Positions 44,242 to 53,400 of a stretch of 64,000 bases of DNA are shown here, one piece after another. The position numbers and the translations under genes were made by a program. Below the pieces are notes generated by a model. That model did no database searches. It was not told where the DNA came from and worked only from the letters and a program-made list of their open reading frames with translations. Positions within the stretch are counted from its first letter, which is position 1; each line of letters starts with the position of its first letter. Source of the stretch: a virus; IMG/VR virus record IMGVR_UViG_3300042516_003202. One strand, given 5' to 3'.

Positions 44242-44685
44242 TCACTTCGCATAAAGATAACTACCTGCCCAATCAGCATTCTTAAACAACCATTCACGTT
44301 CTTCAATCAAACGCAGATCATAGCGAACACCTTTGGCAGGTGCTTTCCAACTAGCAGATTTGTATACTTCACCAGTTTTTTGATCTACGAAGGCATGAAC
44401 AGAGCGAGAACCATTACTATCAATAAAGACAATTTTGTGGTACTTGCGTCCAGACTCAAGGATGAAATCAACTGGGCATTCGTTGTTCTTGAGTTCATCA
44501 ATCTTACGTTGATGATACTCTTTAGTTTCAAGATCATCAACAAACTTTTGATGTCCACGGATGGCATACTCAACGTAATTGTGCTTGAGTGCCTCACAAA
44601 GAGCATAGGTATGCCTCAGAACAGCGTCAGCGATGCTCTGCCGTGCCTGTTCTTGGGCAGCGTAGTCAGCGAAGGTGGTGCTCAT
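44242..44685 (-). CDS. conserved phage protein (GRKY..TGEVYKSASWKAPAK family)
   Basis: motif match; palindrome-type promoter upstream. Confidence 0.8.
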   Translation of the reverse strand: MSTTFADYAAQEQARQSIADAVLRHTYALCEALKHNYVEYAIRGHQKFVDDLETKEYHQRKIDELKNNECPVDFILESGRKYHKIVFIDSNGSRSVHAFVDQKTGEVYKSASWKAPAKGVRYDLRLIEEREWLFKNADWAGSYLYAK

Positions 44686-44772
44686 GGGTGTGTTGTGTAT
44701 GTACCTATTATAAAGGCACACAGGTGCTTGTGGAGTGCCTGTGTGCCAGTTGATAAAGTGGTATAAAAATGT

Positions 44773-44985
44773 TTAACCTTCTTCTAAATCGCCAATTTCA
44801 TTTTCAGTTAAAAATGCGGACTTTGAAATTGGATCCCAGATATAAGAATATGTATCTTGTGGATCTTCCTCAATATCCTCACAATACCTTACAGAAAAAT
44901 AATCTAGTTTGTTGGAAACATTCTTTAGATAGAAATCTACAACATCTTGTCCATATTCTTGAATAAGAAATTCCTTTTCAGTCAT
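44773..44985 (-). CDS. hypothetical protein
   Basis: MTEKEFLIQEYG..; start placed downstream of the -10 at 45015-45020. Confidence 0.6.
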   Translation of the reverse strand: MTEKEFLIQEYGQDVVDFYLKNVSNKLDYFSVRYCEDIEEDPQDTYSYIWDPISKSAFLTENEIGDLEEG

Positions 44986-45070
44986 GGATTTACTTTTGAG
45001 TGTCAACAACATTCAGTATAAAGCAAAAATTGATCCTTGAGTGGGCAAGTGTGCCAGTTTGATAAGTGTC

Positions 45071-46972
45071 TCATTTACCAACTTTTAAGGTGACTGCAGA
45101 TTGAATATCATCCAAGTATGCCTTACCCCTAGCCATTCTTGAACTTGAGAGAAGCAAATACCCTCTACCAGATGCTGCAGAGTGCATACTCATAACTATT
45201 TTCTTTTTAACCAATTCTTTAATATTAGATTGATTTGCAGAGATAAAAAATAAAAATTCAAGATTTAATAAAAGATTTCTAAATTGATCAAAATTTCTAT
45301 CCGATATAACATCACCACCTTTTCTCTGTTTTATCAATTTATACTTATCTTTTATTTTTTTTGTTAAAGTTTTTGGTATTTCCTTTTCTATTAAAAAATC
45401 AGCATATTTGAATAAAAATTTTGTTTTATTTGGTTTAGTTTTTAAAGAGGTAATAATTTTTAAATAATCATCTTTTGTCAAAAGACCAACTTTTCTCATA
45501 ATTTGTTTTGCTACAGAATTTTCATCATCAATTTCGTTCAAAATACTAATACGATTTTTTATTAAATCATTATAAGCTTTATTGAAAGATGTCCGATAAC
45601 TGGGATGATTGGTCATTTCATTAAAAACATTTAAAGTTACTTGCCCCTCACCAGTCTGCGAAGTTGTTTCTGATGGTCCCCCTTGTTTACCAGGTTTTAT
45701 CAGTACTGATCCACTACCAGGCAATAATTCAATAAAGTAATTCAAGTGTTTAATTTTTTTATCTGGTTTTTTTATTTCATATGTAAAATTAAAGTATTGA
45801 GTAGTAAGATTTAATTTATAATCATTGGGTGTTAAGTTTTCTATTGAAATTAACTCATTCAAATATTTTTCAAATACCGCCTTATTTTTTGACAATTGCA
45901 TTAAAAATCTTACTTCACTTAAAAACCAATCATCATCTTCTTTATTTTCGTGCAAATAAACTGAATTATAATTTAATATTGAAAATGGTGTATTACTATC
46001 CTTAACCTGCTTCAAACTAACTGGAAACATTATTTTTGAACGATATAATTGAGTTATTATCTCCAAATAATGTCTTGGATTTAGAAGTTTATTATCCCCC
46101 ATCATTTTTACTTTTTGATTTATTAACGTCTTAATGTTTTTGACTTGATTTTTTTTTACCAAGTAAATGTCCGCAGTCGATAACTTGTTAGATTCACTAA
46201 AAAATCTTTTACCAAGACTTTTTTGGTAATTTTCCATCATAGTAAAACAACGATTTTTATCTTGTTTAGAATTATTTTTTATAAAATCAACAAAATTAGA
46301 AGACTCATGATGATATTCGTATAATTTACCATCGTTGCCACATTTTTCTATAATTTTCTTTGCACTATAGTATGCGGAATATAACCACTCATAATATCCA
46401 TTATTATATTTTTGATCATCATAAATTGCAGACATATAAGATATTTTTTCAGTATTCAAAAATATATCTGTATATACATTAAAATTTTCTAATGTTTGAT
46501 TTGAATTCCACTTTAAAAAATACACATAATCAATAAAATCATAAAAACTGAACTTTTTCGGAATATTTTCACTACAAACAAACATGGTTACAATTTCACC
46601 AAGAATTGATAAAGTATTGTAGACAACCTGAGTTGTTTTTTGATAATTTGACAAATACTTTTTAAGAATATTCTTTATTTCATTTATATTTCCTAAAGTT
46701 GGAAGTTCTTCTTCATCTATTATAGATTTAATATTTTTTGCTAAAAAATCAATAGTAATATTTTCATTTTCTTTTCTTGAGGTTAGATCATGAAGAACTT
46801 TTGATCTGATATATACTCTTTGCCTAATAGAAAAAGAACTTTTAAATAAGTATCCAATATTATCCTCTAAAGTTTTCGACGAGAAAACATTTAAAATAGT
46901 CTTTAATTTTTCATCTGAAATTTTAGCAATATCTTTTTTTGTTATTTTTTCAAACTGACTTGGTACTATCAT
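45071..46972 (-). CDS. large AT-rich protein, possible PD-(D/E)xK nuclease-like domain
   Basis: 633 aa; NKLSTADIYLVK..MFPVSLKQ; late-type CTAAATA upstream. Confidence 0.5.
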   Translation of the reverse strand: MIVPSQFEKITKKDIAKISDEKLKTILNVFSSKTLEDNIGYLFKSSFSIRQRVYIRSKVLHDLTSRKENENITIDFLAKNIKSIIDEEELPTLGNINEIKNILKKYLSNYQKTTQVVYNTLSILGEIVTMFVCSENIPKKFSFYDFIDYVYFLKWNSNQTLENFNVYTDIFLNTEKISYMSAIYDDQKYNNGYYEWLYSAYYSAKKIIEKCGNDGKLYEYHHESSNFVDFIKNNSKQDKNRCFTMMENYQKSLGKRFFSESNKLSTADIYLVKKNQVKNIKTLINQKVKMMGDNKLLNPRHYLEIITQLYRSKIMFPVSLKQVKDSNTPFSILNYNSVYLHENKEDDDWFLSEVRFLMQLSKNKAVFEKYLNELISIENLTPNDYKLNLTTQYFNFTYEIKKPDKKIKHLNYFIELLPGSGSVLIKPGKQGGPSETTSQTGEGQVTLNVFNEMTNHPSYRTSFNKAYNDLIKNRISILNEIDDENSVAKQIMRKVGLLTKDDYLKIITSLKTKPNKTKFLFKYADFLIEKEIPKTLTKKIKDKYKLIKQRKGGDVISDRNFDQFRNLLLNLEFLFFISANQSNIKELVKKKIVMSMHSAASGRGYLLLSSSRMARGKAYLDDIQSAVTLKVGK

Positions 46973-46990
46973 GTTTTTCTAAATATTTAG

Positions 46991-47020
46991 AAAAAAAGGG
47001 GAGGTTTTACCCTCCCCTTT
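46991..47020 (-). terminator. intrinsic terminator
   Basis: AAAGGGGAGG-GTAAAA-CCTCCCCTTT plus T-tract. Confidence 0.85.
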
Positions 47021-47022
47021 GA

Positions 47023-47427
47023 TTACTTGTTCATTTGTAGAGTTGGAACTGGCATTCCACCTTCAGTAGGAACATAAATCGTCACATTACCATTCTTGCT
47101 GCCATCTTCAAGTCCAGTAATGTAAAGATACTGAAGATACTCACGGTTGTCTTTCAGCGAATTGCCGATAATCTGGTTTGCTTTGGCAACACCAGTAGCA
47201 CGGATAACTTCAGCATCAGCAAGTTGTTGAGCACTATCTTTCTTTGCTTGTGCTTCCAGAACTGCAACCTGTCGGGTGTACTCTGCTTTCTGAAGTTCTG
47301 CCTTACCATCAAGAGATTGTGCCCACACATTATAGAGTGGTCCAACAACAGAACTAATCACAAACAAAGAGACCAGAAATGATGCTCCAATAATCAGAGC
47401 ATTACGCATAGTGTTGTCTTGTTGCAT
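47023..47427 (-). CDS. membrane protein, SPFH/band-7 C-terminal-like
   Basis: N-terminal TM, AEA/AQA coiled coil, YLQYLYI, IYVPTEGGMP. Confidence 0.6.
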   Translation of the reverse strand: MQQDNTMRNALIIGASFLVSLFVISSVVGPLYNVWAQSLDGKAELQKAEYTRQVAVLEAQAKKDSAQQLADAEVIRATGVAKANQIIGNSLKDNREYLQYLYITGLEDGSKNGNVTIYVPTEGGMPVPTLQMNK

Positions 47428-47446
47428 AATTTACCTCAAATAAAGT

Positions 47447-47869
47447 TCAGGGAATAATCCAATCATAACTACCAGGAGTTTCTACACTCTCAAACCCATC
47501 ATACTCATCAATACGATAAGGACCAGAAACTTCATCAATACGAAGTTTAGCACACATTCCGTTTGCTTTGTCACCCAGTTCTTCTACAACTTGAACAAGA
47601 ACAGGGTCGTGGCGGTCAACATCACCATAATACCAAGATTGTGCCGAATATGCTTTATTATAAGCAGTTAGTTCATCTTTACTCATAGTAAAGATTTCTT
47701 TTGTGGTTTGTGGTTTCAGTCGTTGTTCAGGTGGAACTAACCAAACAGAAAATCCCCACTCATTATCTTCAATCCAAACTTTTTGTTCTTTGATGTCCCA
47801 GTAACGTTGACATGCTTCTTTAGAGAGACCAAACCCACCGTAGCAGGCATTATAAACCACTTTAGTCAT
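47447..47869 (-). CDS. conserved phage protein (YGGFGLS..RHDP..EYDG)
   Basis: motif match. Confidence 0.75.
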   Translation of the reverse strand: MTKVVYNACYGGFGLSKEACQRYWDIKEQKVWIEDNEWGFSVWLVPPEQRLKPQTTKEIFTMSKDELTAYNKAYSAQSWYYGDVDRHDPVLVQVVEELGDKANGMCAKLRIDEVSGPYRIDEYDGFESVETPGSYDWIIP

Positions 47870-47871
47870 AA

Positions 47872-48360
47872 TCAGAGTTTGAAAGGAGAAACAATGATAC
47901 GAGGTTCAACATACACAGGGCGTGTCTTACCATTACCACTTGGATCAGAACACATCACCCAAGTTCCTTCAGCACTATCAGGAGAGAACAAACCATTAGG
48001 ATCTGCTTGAGGAAGGGTTACACCACTAATTCGCTCATACTTTTGAGGATTGGTGTATTGAGTTGCAGCAGGCAAACCATAACCAATAGAGTTGCACAGA
48101 AACACTGGACGACCAGTAGTTTCAGGAACAATATAAGTATAAGTCACCAGTCCATCTTGGTCACGCATCTCAATAATTTGTTTCATCAGTTTGCGTTCAC
48201 GGAAGTTCTTGATTGCAGGCATACCAGTTTGTGCGGTGCCTTCTTGGAGGATACGTTCTTGTTGATCACGTTGTTTTTGATCGGAATTGCTAAAATCATC
48301 ACAACCAACAAGAGTTACACCCAGAAGTGCGATGGCAGCAACAGAAGCAAATGGTTTCAT
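47872..48360 (-). CDS. lipoprotein
   Basis: lipobox LVG|C; QADPNGLFSP..EGTWVMC. Confidence 0.75.
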   Translation of the reverse strand: MKPFASVAAIALLGVTLVGCDDFSNSDQKQRDQQERILQEGTAQTGMPAIKNFRERKLMKQIIEMRDQDGLVTYTYIVPETTGRPVFLCNSIGYGLPAATQYTNPQKYERISGVTLPQADPNGLFSPDSAEGTWVMCSDPSGNGKTRPVYVEPRIIVSPFKL

Positions 48361-48439
48361 GATTTGGATTGATTACTTTGTTATTATAGGATGGATTGTG
48401 GGAAGTAGGAAAGGTCTTGTGCCAGTTCTTTAAGTGTCC

Positions 48440-48979
48440 TCAACCCTTATGATTCTTATCAAAAGGTGCTTTGAAATAATGATTCGCAGCAGAATGAAAA
48501 ATCATCACACCTTCTGGATTCATAAAACCAGGAGAAGCAAGAGAACCATAATTCCAGAGACGATCCATTTCATCATCAAGAACATTTGTGCTAAACTCTC
48601 CAGTATAAAGAGTCGGAACAACATAGCAACAAGCAGGAAGATTTTCTTGATTCCAGATGCTCACATTAAACAAAGAGAATCGTTTCTCCCCTTTGGGAAG
48701 ATCATATCCTCGTTGAATTCCACTACCCCACCATTCACCATGATGACGACCAGGGCCAAGTTTCATCAGTTCATCTTTGTTTTCGGTTGCCCAACGATGA
48801 AAACCAAAGTTGTCGGACTCTGCACTCAACCAACGATTGCGACTTCCAATGAACATATCTCCATCATCAGTAATGTAGATAATTCCATTAGTTCCGTCAA
48901 TTTTTTCCGTGACCACACATTCCTTATGAAGACGGGGAATTTTAGGAAATGCAACAAATTCGGGATATATAGTGGTCAT
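48440..48979 (-). CDS. RNA ligase (Rnl2-like adenylyltransferase domain only)
   Basis: FPKIPR, TEKIDGTN (motif I), SRNR, GEWWG, FSLFN, EGVMI. Confidence 0.85.
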   Translation of the reverse strand: MTTIYPEFVAFPKIPRLHKECVVTEKIDGTNGIIYITDDGDMFIGSRNRWLSAESDNFGFHRWATENKDELMKLGPGRHHGEWWGSGIQRGYDLPKGEKRFSLFNVSIWNQENLPACCYVVPTLYTGEFSTNVLDDEMDRLWNYGSLASPGFMNPEGVMIFHSAANHYFKAPFDKNHKG

Positions 48980-48985
48980 TATACT

Positions 48986-49303
48986 TTATTGAGGAAGGTT
49001 AGAGATAAAGGATTGAAGATCTGCAGGCATAGCATCAGCAGGAACTTCAGCAGCACGGTGACGGATAATATCTGCGAGTGCTACCTTATGTTCAGGAGAT
49101 GCTTTGATGTACTCAAACTGCATATTTTGCAGTTCTTGAACCGCACCTGTTCGGAATGACTTTGATTGCTCAAAGGTATTCCTGCGAACATTCTCATACT
49201 TTGGGGAAAAGAATGCAGTGAAGAGAAGGTCGTGGTAGGCAACTCCCCAGATGAGAGCACCAAACCCAACCACACCACCTACAATAGCAAGAATTGGTTT
49301 CAT
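48986..49303 (-). CDS. membrane-anchored protein
   Basis: N-terminal TM followed by YENVRRNTFEQSKSF helical domain. Confidence 0.72.
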   Translation of the reverse strand: MKPILAIVGGVVGFGALIWGVAYHDLLFTAFFSPKYENVRRNTFEQSKSFRTGAVQELQNMQFEYIKASPEHKVALADIIRHRAAEVPADAMPADLQSFISNLPQ

Positions 49304-49422
49304 TTGTCATTCTCCAGAGTAGATTTCAGTAGTTCATTCATAGTGCGACGAGCACGATAGTTCTGAATGATGTCCATTACACAATAACCAAAGGCAAATC
49401 CTGCCATAATCGTAGTAATCAT
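49300..49422 (-). CDS. small membrane protein (40 aa)
   Basis: manual translation MITTIMAGFAFGYCVMDII..; ATGA overlaps. Confidence 0.6.
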   Translation of the reverse strand: MITTIMAGFAFGYCVMDIIQNYRARRTMNELLKSTLENDK

Positions 49423-49610
49423 TTGGAAGAACCTCCAGAGTTCTTAAAGATAAGATTAGCAAGTACAATCATAGCAAGGTTCTGCCAGAAGGTCAAAGAT
49501 ACATTAAACCAAGACAGAATAACCCCAAGCAACCATGCTTCAAAGAGAATTCCAGCAGTTGCAATAACAATAACAGCAAAAACAGCAGCAATAGTAGCAG
49601 AATCTTTCAT
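49419..49610 (-). CDS. small integral membrane protein
   Basis: two to three hydrophobic segments. Confidence 0.7.
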   Translation of the reverse strand: MKDSATIAAVFAVIVIATAGILFEAWLLGVILSWFNVSLTFWQNLAMIVLANLIFKNSGGSSK

Positions 49611-50143
49611 CAGATTGCCTCCGTTGCCAGTTTAGCACCTTTGAACTTGCCACGAGCACTCTTGTTCTTGGTATCTACACCAGTCACCACAGCGATCTGG
49701 GGAGTGCTAGAACCAGTGTACAGTAGAATATCACCTTTGCTCAAAGCGCCAGGAGTGCCCACATAATGGTTCTCACTACTGCCCATCTTGGCGCTGAAGG
49801 TGTAAGGTACAACTTCTTCCAGAGCACTCTTGTCAAAGACATGAATTGCTCCAGTACCTTTCTCTTCAATCAGGTATTGGTTTTGACTGTTGGTGCCGAT
49901 GTGAGTGCCATAGGCAACCTTACCGTCAACAGTGAAAGAATAAAGGGTTTTAGTGTCCGCCATTTCAGTTTCCTCTTCGTAAAGTTTTAGATCAGAACCA
50001 TAACAAGAAAAAGATTGATTGTTATGAAGATATCTGCAGGTGTAATATCCAGTACTACTATAATCACTTACATAAGTAATTTTAGCAGGTTTTTTTCCAG
50101 CTCGTTTGGTGACAATATCACCAAGATTAAATTCCAGTGCCAT
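49610..50143 (-). CDS. hypothetical protein
   Basis: 177-aa ORF in operon. Confidence 0.7.
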   Translation of the reverse strand: MALEFNLGDIVTKRAGKKPAKITYVSDYSSTGYYTCRYLHNNQSFSCYGSDLKLYEEETEMADTKTLYSFTVDGKVAYGTHIGTNSQNQYLIEEKGTGAIHVFDKSALEEVVPYTFSAKMGSSENHYVGTPGALSKGDILLYTGSSTPQIAVVTGVDTKNKSARGKFKGAKLATEAI

Positions 50144-50145
50144 AA

Positions 50146-50412
50146 TTAAAGACTTTCAACTTGATTAAGAATAATGTCAATATCTTCTGTGGTCAAATGC
50201 CCCATAACATCATCTGTAATAGGAGTATCATAGCAGATCTCCCAATCTTCCTCAAGTCCTTTGAGAACTGCAAGTTCATAGAGTCCGTCAGATCCACCAT
50301 AAGAGTGTGACGATTTGATTACAGATACACCGTAACCATTATCAAAGAAGTGTTTTGCCTGAACACCATCCCAGTTAGGATGTGGTTCAAAATTAAGATC
50401 AGTGAATTTCAT
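50146..50412 (-). CDS. conserved phage protein
   Basis: FDNGYGVSVI..SYGG..GLYELAVL..YDTPITDDV.G.LT. Confidence 0.78.
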   Translation of the reverse strand: MKFTDLNFEPHPNWDGVQAKHFFDNGYGVSVIKSSHSYGGSDGLYELAVLKGLEEDWEICYDTPITDDVMGHLTTEDIDIILNQVESL

Positions 50413-50414
50413 AA

Positions 50415-50663
50415 TCAGTTACCAAATCGCTGTGCCCAGAGTGAATAAGAATGGTTTTTCATGTGTTCAAGCATTTCATAACGCTGCCGAATTTCAGAGT
50501 CTTCAGGAAGATCATAGATGCAGGGAATGGCAAGATCCATTCCATCAACAGCATGATTAAGAATGCTATTCAAAAGATCATGTTCTTCAACAGTAAACTC
50601 CATCGTGATGGGTTGCGTGTCGTAATAGTCTTTAATAATTTCAACAGTTTCCATAATAATCAA
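50415..50663 (-). CDS. hypothetical protein
   Basis: 82-aa ORF in operon. Confidence 0.6.
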   Translation of the reverse strand: MIIMETVEIIKDYYDTQPITMEFTVEEHDLLNSILNHAVDGMDLAIPCIYDLPEDSEIRQRYEMLEHMKNHSYSLWAQRFGN

Positions 50664-51070
50664 ACAGCAAGGGTAGCAGAAGGGATTTCAACTTGTTTTA
50701 CCATATCAGGAAAACGTCCATCATTAGTATAGCACACCCACTCACCATCTTTAGTGAAAATGTAGGAGTATTCTTCACTATCGCACAGATACTCATTCAG
50801 GTCAGCATCGTGGCGAGGAGGGCAATCTTCACCACGCTGGGAATAGTATTGAGGACCATATTCCTGTGCTTTGGTCTCACTATTCCAACGGTCTTCAGTC
50901 CAGCAAGAACTCATATCGCCACCATCAATCAGTTCAGTAGCAAGAGCACGGGTGTTGTAGTGAGTTTTCAGGATGCGACCCAACCATTCAGGATAACCAT
51001 TCCAGTGGTGGTACACAGAGAGCACAGAACCGTTCTTCAGTTCAATACCGATGCGGGAGCGAGTTGCCAT
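50660..51070 (-). CDS. conserved phage protein (MATRSRIG..HW.GYP)
   Basis: motif match; palindrome-type promoter upstream. Confidence 0.78.
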   Translation of the reverse strand: MATRSRIGIELKNGSVLSVYHHWNGYPEWLGRILKTHYNTRALATELIDGGDMSSCWTEDRWNSETKAQEYGPQYYSQRGEDCPPRHDADLNEYLCDSEEYSYIFTKDGEWVCYTNDGRFPDMVKQVEIPSATLAV

Positions 51071-51093
51071 GAGGCGTTTCGTTGATTACCTTG

Positions 51094-51858
51094 TTAGTAT
51101 AGGGCATCCACAAGGGGATTGGAGGCACCTTGGACCACTTCTTCAACTGGCACAGCACTTTCTATGCGTTTCTTGGCGATCTCATAGTATTGCTGATCCA
51201 TTTCAATCCCAATAAATTTACGCCCAGTTTGAACTGCAGCAACACCAGTGGTTCCAGATCCCATTGTATTGTCTAAAACAGTTTCTCCAGGATTAGTGTA
51301 GGTTTTAATTAGATATTCCATGAGATCCACAGGTTTTTGTGTTGGATGTAATCCTTTTTCTTGTTTGAACTTTAATACAGTTTTAGGATATCTTGACCCA
51401 TCTGGATTATCTCTATGTTTTGATTGGGCACTTCCATAAACTTCACCAATTTTGCTTACATTTGAAGAAAATCCGCTGTAAGGGGTTGAGTACCACATCT
51501 GAGGATTATAGGTACATTTTTTGCGATAAAATACCAAGATATTTTCGTGAGATTTCAAAGGCATTACCTTGGAATTCATAGGATTTGTACCTTGAGGTTT
51601 TTCCCAAATCCATTCATAACGAAAGTTCTCAAGATTTGATGCTGCAAGTATAGTTGTAAATGGTTGTGCCGCAGTAAACACCATTGCACCATTTTCTTTA
51701 CAAATGCGATTGTATTGTTCCCATAACTTATCCAATGGAATAATACTATCCCACTTACAAGCAGTTGTACCATATGGAAGGTCTACCAACACCATATCTA
51801 CAGAGTTATCGGCAAGTGTTGGTAGAATTTCTAAACAATCACCCAATAACAATGTCAT
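51094..51858 (-). CDS. DNA amino-methyltransferase, beta class
   Basis: GDCLE, DLPY (motif IV), HPTQKP, VLDNTMGSGTT (motif I). Confidence 0.92.
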   Translation of the reverse strand: MTLLLGDCLEILPTLADNSVDMVLVDLPYGTTACKWDSIIPLDKLWEQYNRICKENGAMVFTAAQPFTTILAASNLENFRYEWIWEKPQGTNPMNSKVMPLKSHENILVFYRKKCTYNPQMWYSTPYSGFSSNVSKIGEVYGSAQSKHRDNPDGSRYPKTVLKFKQEKGLHPTQKPVDLMEYLIKTYTNPGETVLDNTMGSGTTGVAAVQTGRKFIGIEMDQQYYEIAKKRIESAVPVEEVVQGASNPLVDALY

Positions 51859-52423
51859 GAATTTCCTCACAAGAATCCAATTTAACAGTTGTCCAAAGTT
51901 GATCAGACATGCTCTTCTGAATTTTAGCAAAAAAATCTTCAGAAGTACATTCCCATCCCATTATTTTCCCTTTAGTATCTTTGCGAGATCCCATGGTCTC
52001 TTTCCACTCCTGTTCATGATAATTTAATTTATCTGCATCAATAACAATAAAATAGTAAATTTTATTTCCTCTTTCCCAATCACTTTTTTCACATGCAAGA
52101 CAAAATATATAATCTTCTTTTTTTACACTAAGAAATTCAAGTTTTTCTGTGATTGTTTTATGCTTTGTTAATCGTGATCCAGAAATAGTAACTACATCAT
52201 TTTCAACAAATCCACCTTTATTACTAATGCGGATTCCAGAATCTGTAGTTTGATCTACTCCACTTTTATGGTTAAAGTCTGGTTTCCAATCACTACCAAA
52301 TCCAGCATCTTTCAGTGCTTTTGAAAGAAGTTCTTCCCAATACTCTGCTTTACATTGACCACTATAAAGTTCATGATGTTTTTCAAGATAATGAGTAACA
52401 ATAGGGACAAGAGACTCAAACAT
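51839..52423 (-). CDS. putative type II restriction endonuclease
   Basis: overlaps MTase start; EYWEEL..HKSGVD..RISNKGG resembles a PD-(D/E)xK variant. Confidence 0.45.
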   Translation of the reverse strand: MFESLVPIVTHYLEKHHELYSGQCKAEYWEELLSKALKDAGFGSDWKPDFNHKSGVDQTTDSGIRISNKGGFVENDVVTISGSRLTKHKTITEKLEFLSVKKEDYIFCLACEKSDWERGNKIYYFIVIDADKLNYHEQEWKETMGSRKDTKGKIMGWECTSEDFFAKIQKSMSDQLWTTVKLDSCEEIHDIVIG

Positions 52424-52503
52424 AATTTAAGAAATATACAGTAGTATCATAAAGGCACCCCAGAAAACTAGGGTGCCTGATGTGCCAGTTTAGCAACTGT
52501 TAC

Positions 52504-52716
52504 TCAATCATCATAAACCCTACATTCAAGAGCATTAGGGTGAGCATCGCAGTACAATTCTAATGCAGTTGGATCATGATTGTCATTTGGGTGATTTTCT
52601 TTGTAGGATTTCAATGCTTCAAGTTCCTCTTCAGTGTGCCTCCGTGCCTGGGGAGAAATCATGGGATCTTCCAAAAGTTCTTCATCCTTCTGGATATGTT
52701 GGTCGATGTTTTCCAT
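52504..52716 (-). CDS. cp12: viral CP12 (Calvin-cycle inhibitor)
   Basis: ISPQARRH.EEEL..DPTALELYCDAHPNALECRVYDD. Confidence 0.93.
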   Translation of the reverse strand: MENIDQHIQKDEELLEDPMISPQARRHTEEELEALKSYKENHPNDNHDPTALELYCDAHPNALECRVYDD

Positions 52717-52744
52717 TTTAGTGTTTTGATGATACTTATTTATT

Positions 52745-52921
52745 TTATCGGGGAGTACAATCACCCTTTCCTTCAAGAGAACGAACCATCAACTCGGTGA
52801 ACTTTTCCATTTTTTGAGCAGAAACTGTTTGTGGTGCATAGGTAATGGCATTTTTGAGTGCTAGAAGTTCATTCCATTCTTCGGTTGTGAGGTTTGCGGT
52901 TCCAGTTTTTGAAAGGGTCAT
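52745..52921 (-). CDS. conserved small protein (58 aa)
   Basis: manual translation MTLSKTGTANLTTEEWNELLALKNAI..MEKFTELMVRSL. Confidence 0.7.
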   Translation of the reverse strand: MTLSKTGTANLTTEEWNELLALKNAITYAPQTVSAQKMEKFTELMVRSLEGKGDCTPR

Positions 52922-53016
52922 AGTGTTTTTGTGATGTGTCCCAATATTAGCATTTCAATACATAACTATCTAGAAACTTAATGTTTTCTTTGGGATCGCG
53001 TTACAATGCGTTACAA

Positions 53017-53244
53017 TCACTCTCTATTGAAGAATGGTCCGAAGAATCCACTATCACCAGATTTGCGATTTTCAAGTTTATCAAGAAGCGCATCTGTTGA
53101 CATAAGAGTATCAATACGTGAAATCATGTCGGCAACAACACTACAAACCATAGGTCGCTCTTGGCGTGCAGCATATGCTAAAGCATTACGCAGAGATGCT
53201 TCTGCTTCTTTCAAACTTTGTTCTACTGATTCACTTAATGCCAT
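53017..53244 (-). CDS. conserved cyanophage protein
   Basis: MALSESVEQSLKEAEASLRNALAYAARQERP. Confidence 0.78.
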   Translation of the reverse strand: MALSESVEQSLKEAEASLRNALAYAARQERPMVCSVVADMISRIDTLMSTDALLDKLENRKSGDSGFFGPFFNRE

Positions 53245-53400
53245 TCAATCTGTCCTCACATTTAGTATAAAAGGTTCCGTTTACATAACAGGATTTGCCT
53301 GGTTCATAGTATTTTACCACAGGCGTCTGTATTCTTGGATATTCTACCACATTTTTCACATGGCAGAATAAATTGTAACCACAAATAAGAGTTTCAATCA

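Noticed and set aside
48434-49159. 241-aa plus-strand ORF
   Set aside because: Antisense shadow of the RNA ligase and the membrane protein.
52716-52921. In-frame fusion of the 58-aa ORF to CP12, or an N-terminally extended CP12
   Set aside because: The upstream ORF stops at TAA 52745-52747, which overlaps a late-type promoter; the ATG at 52716 matches the usual viral CP12 start.
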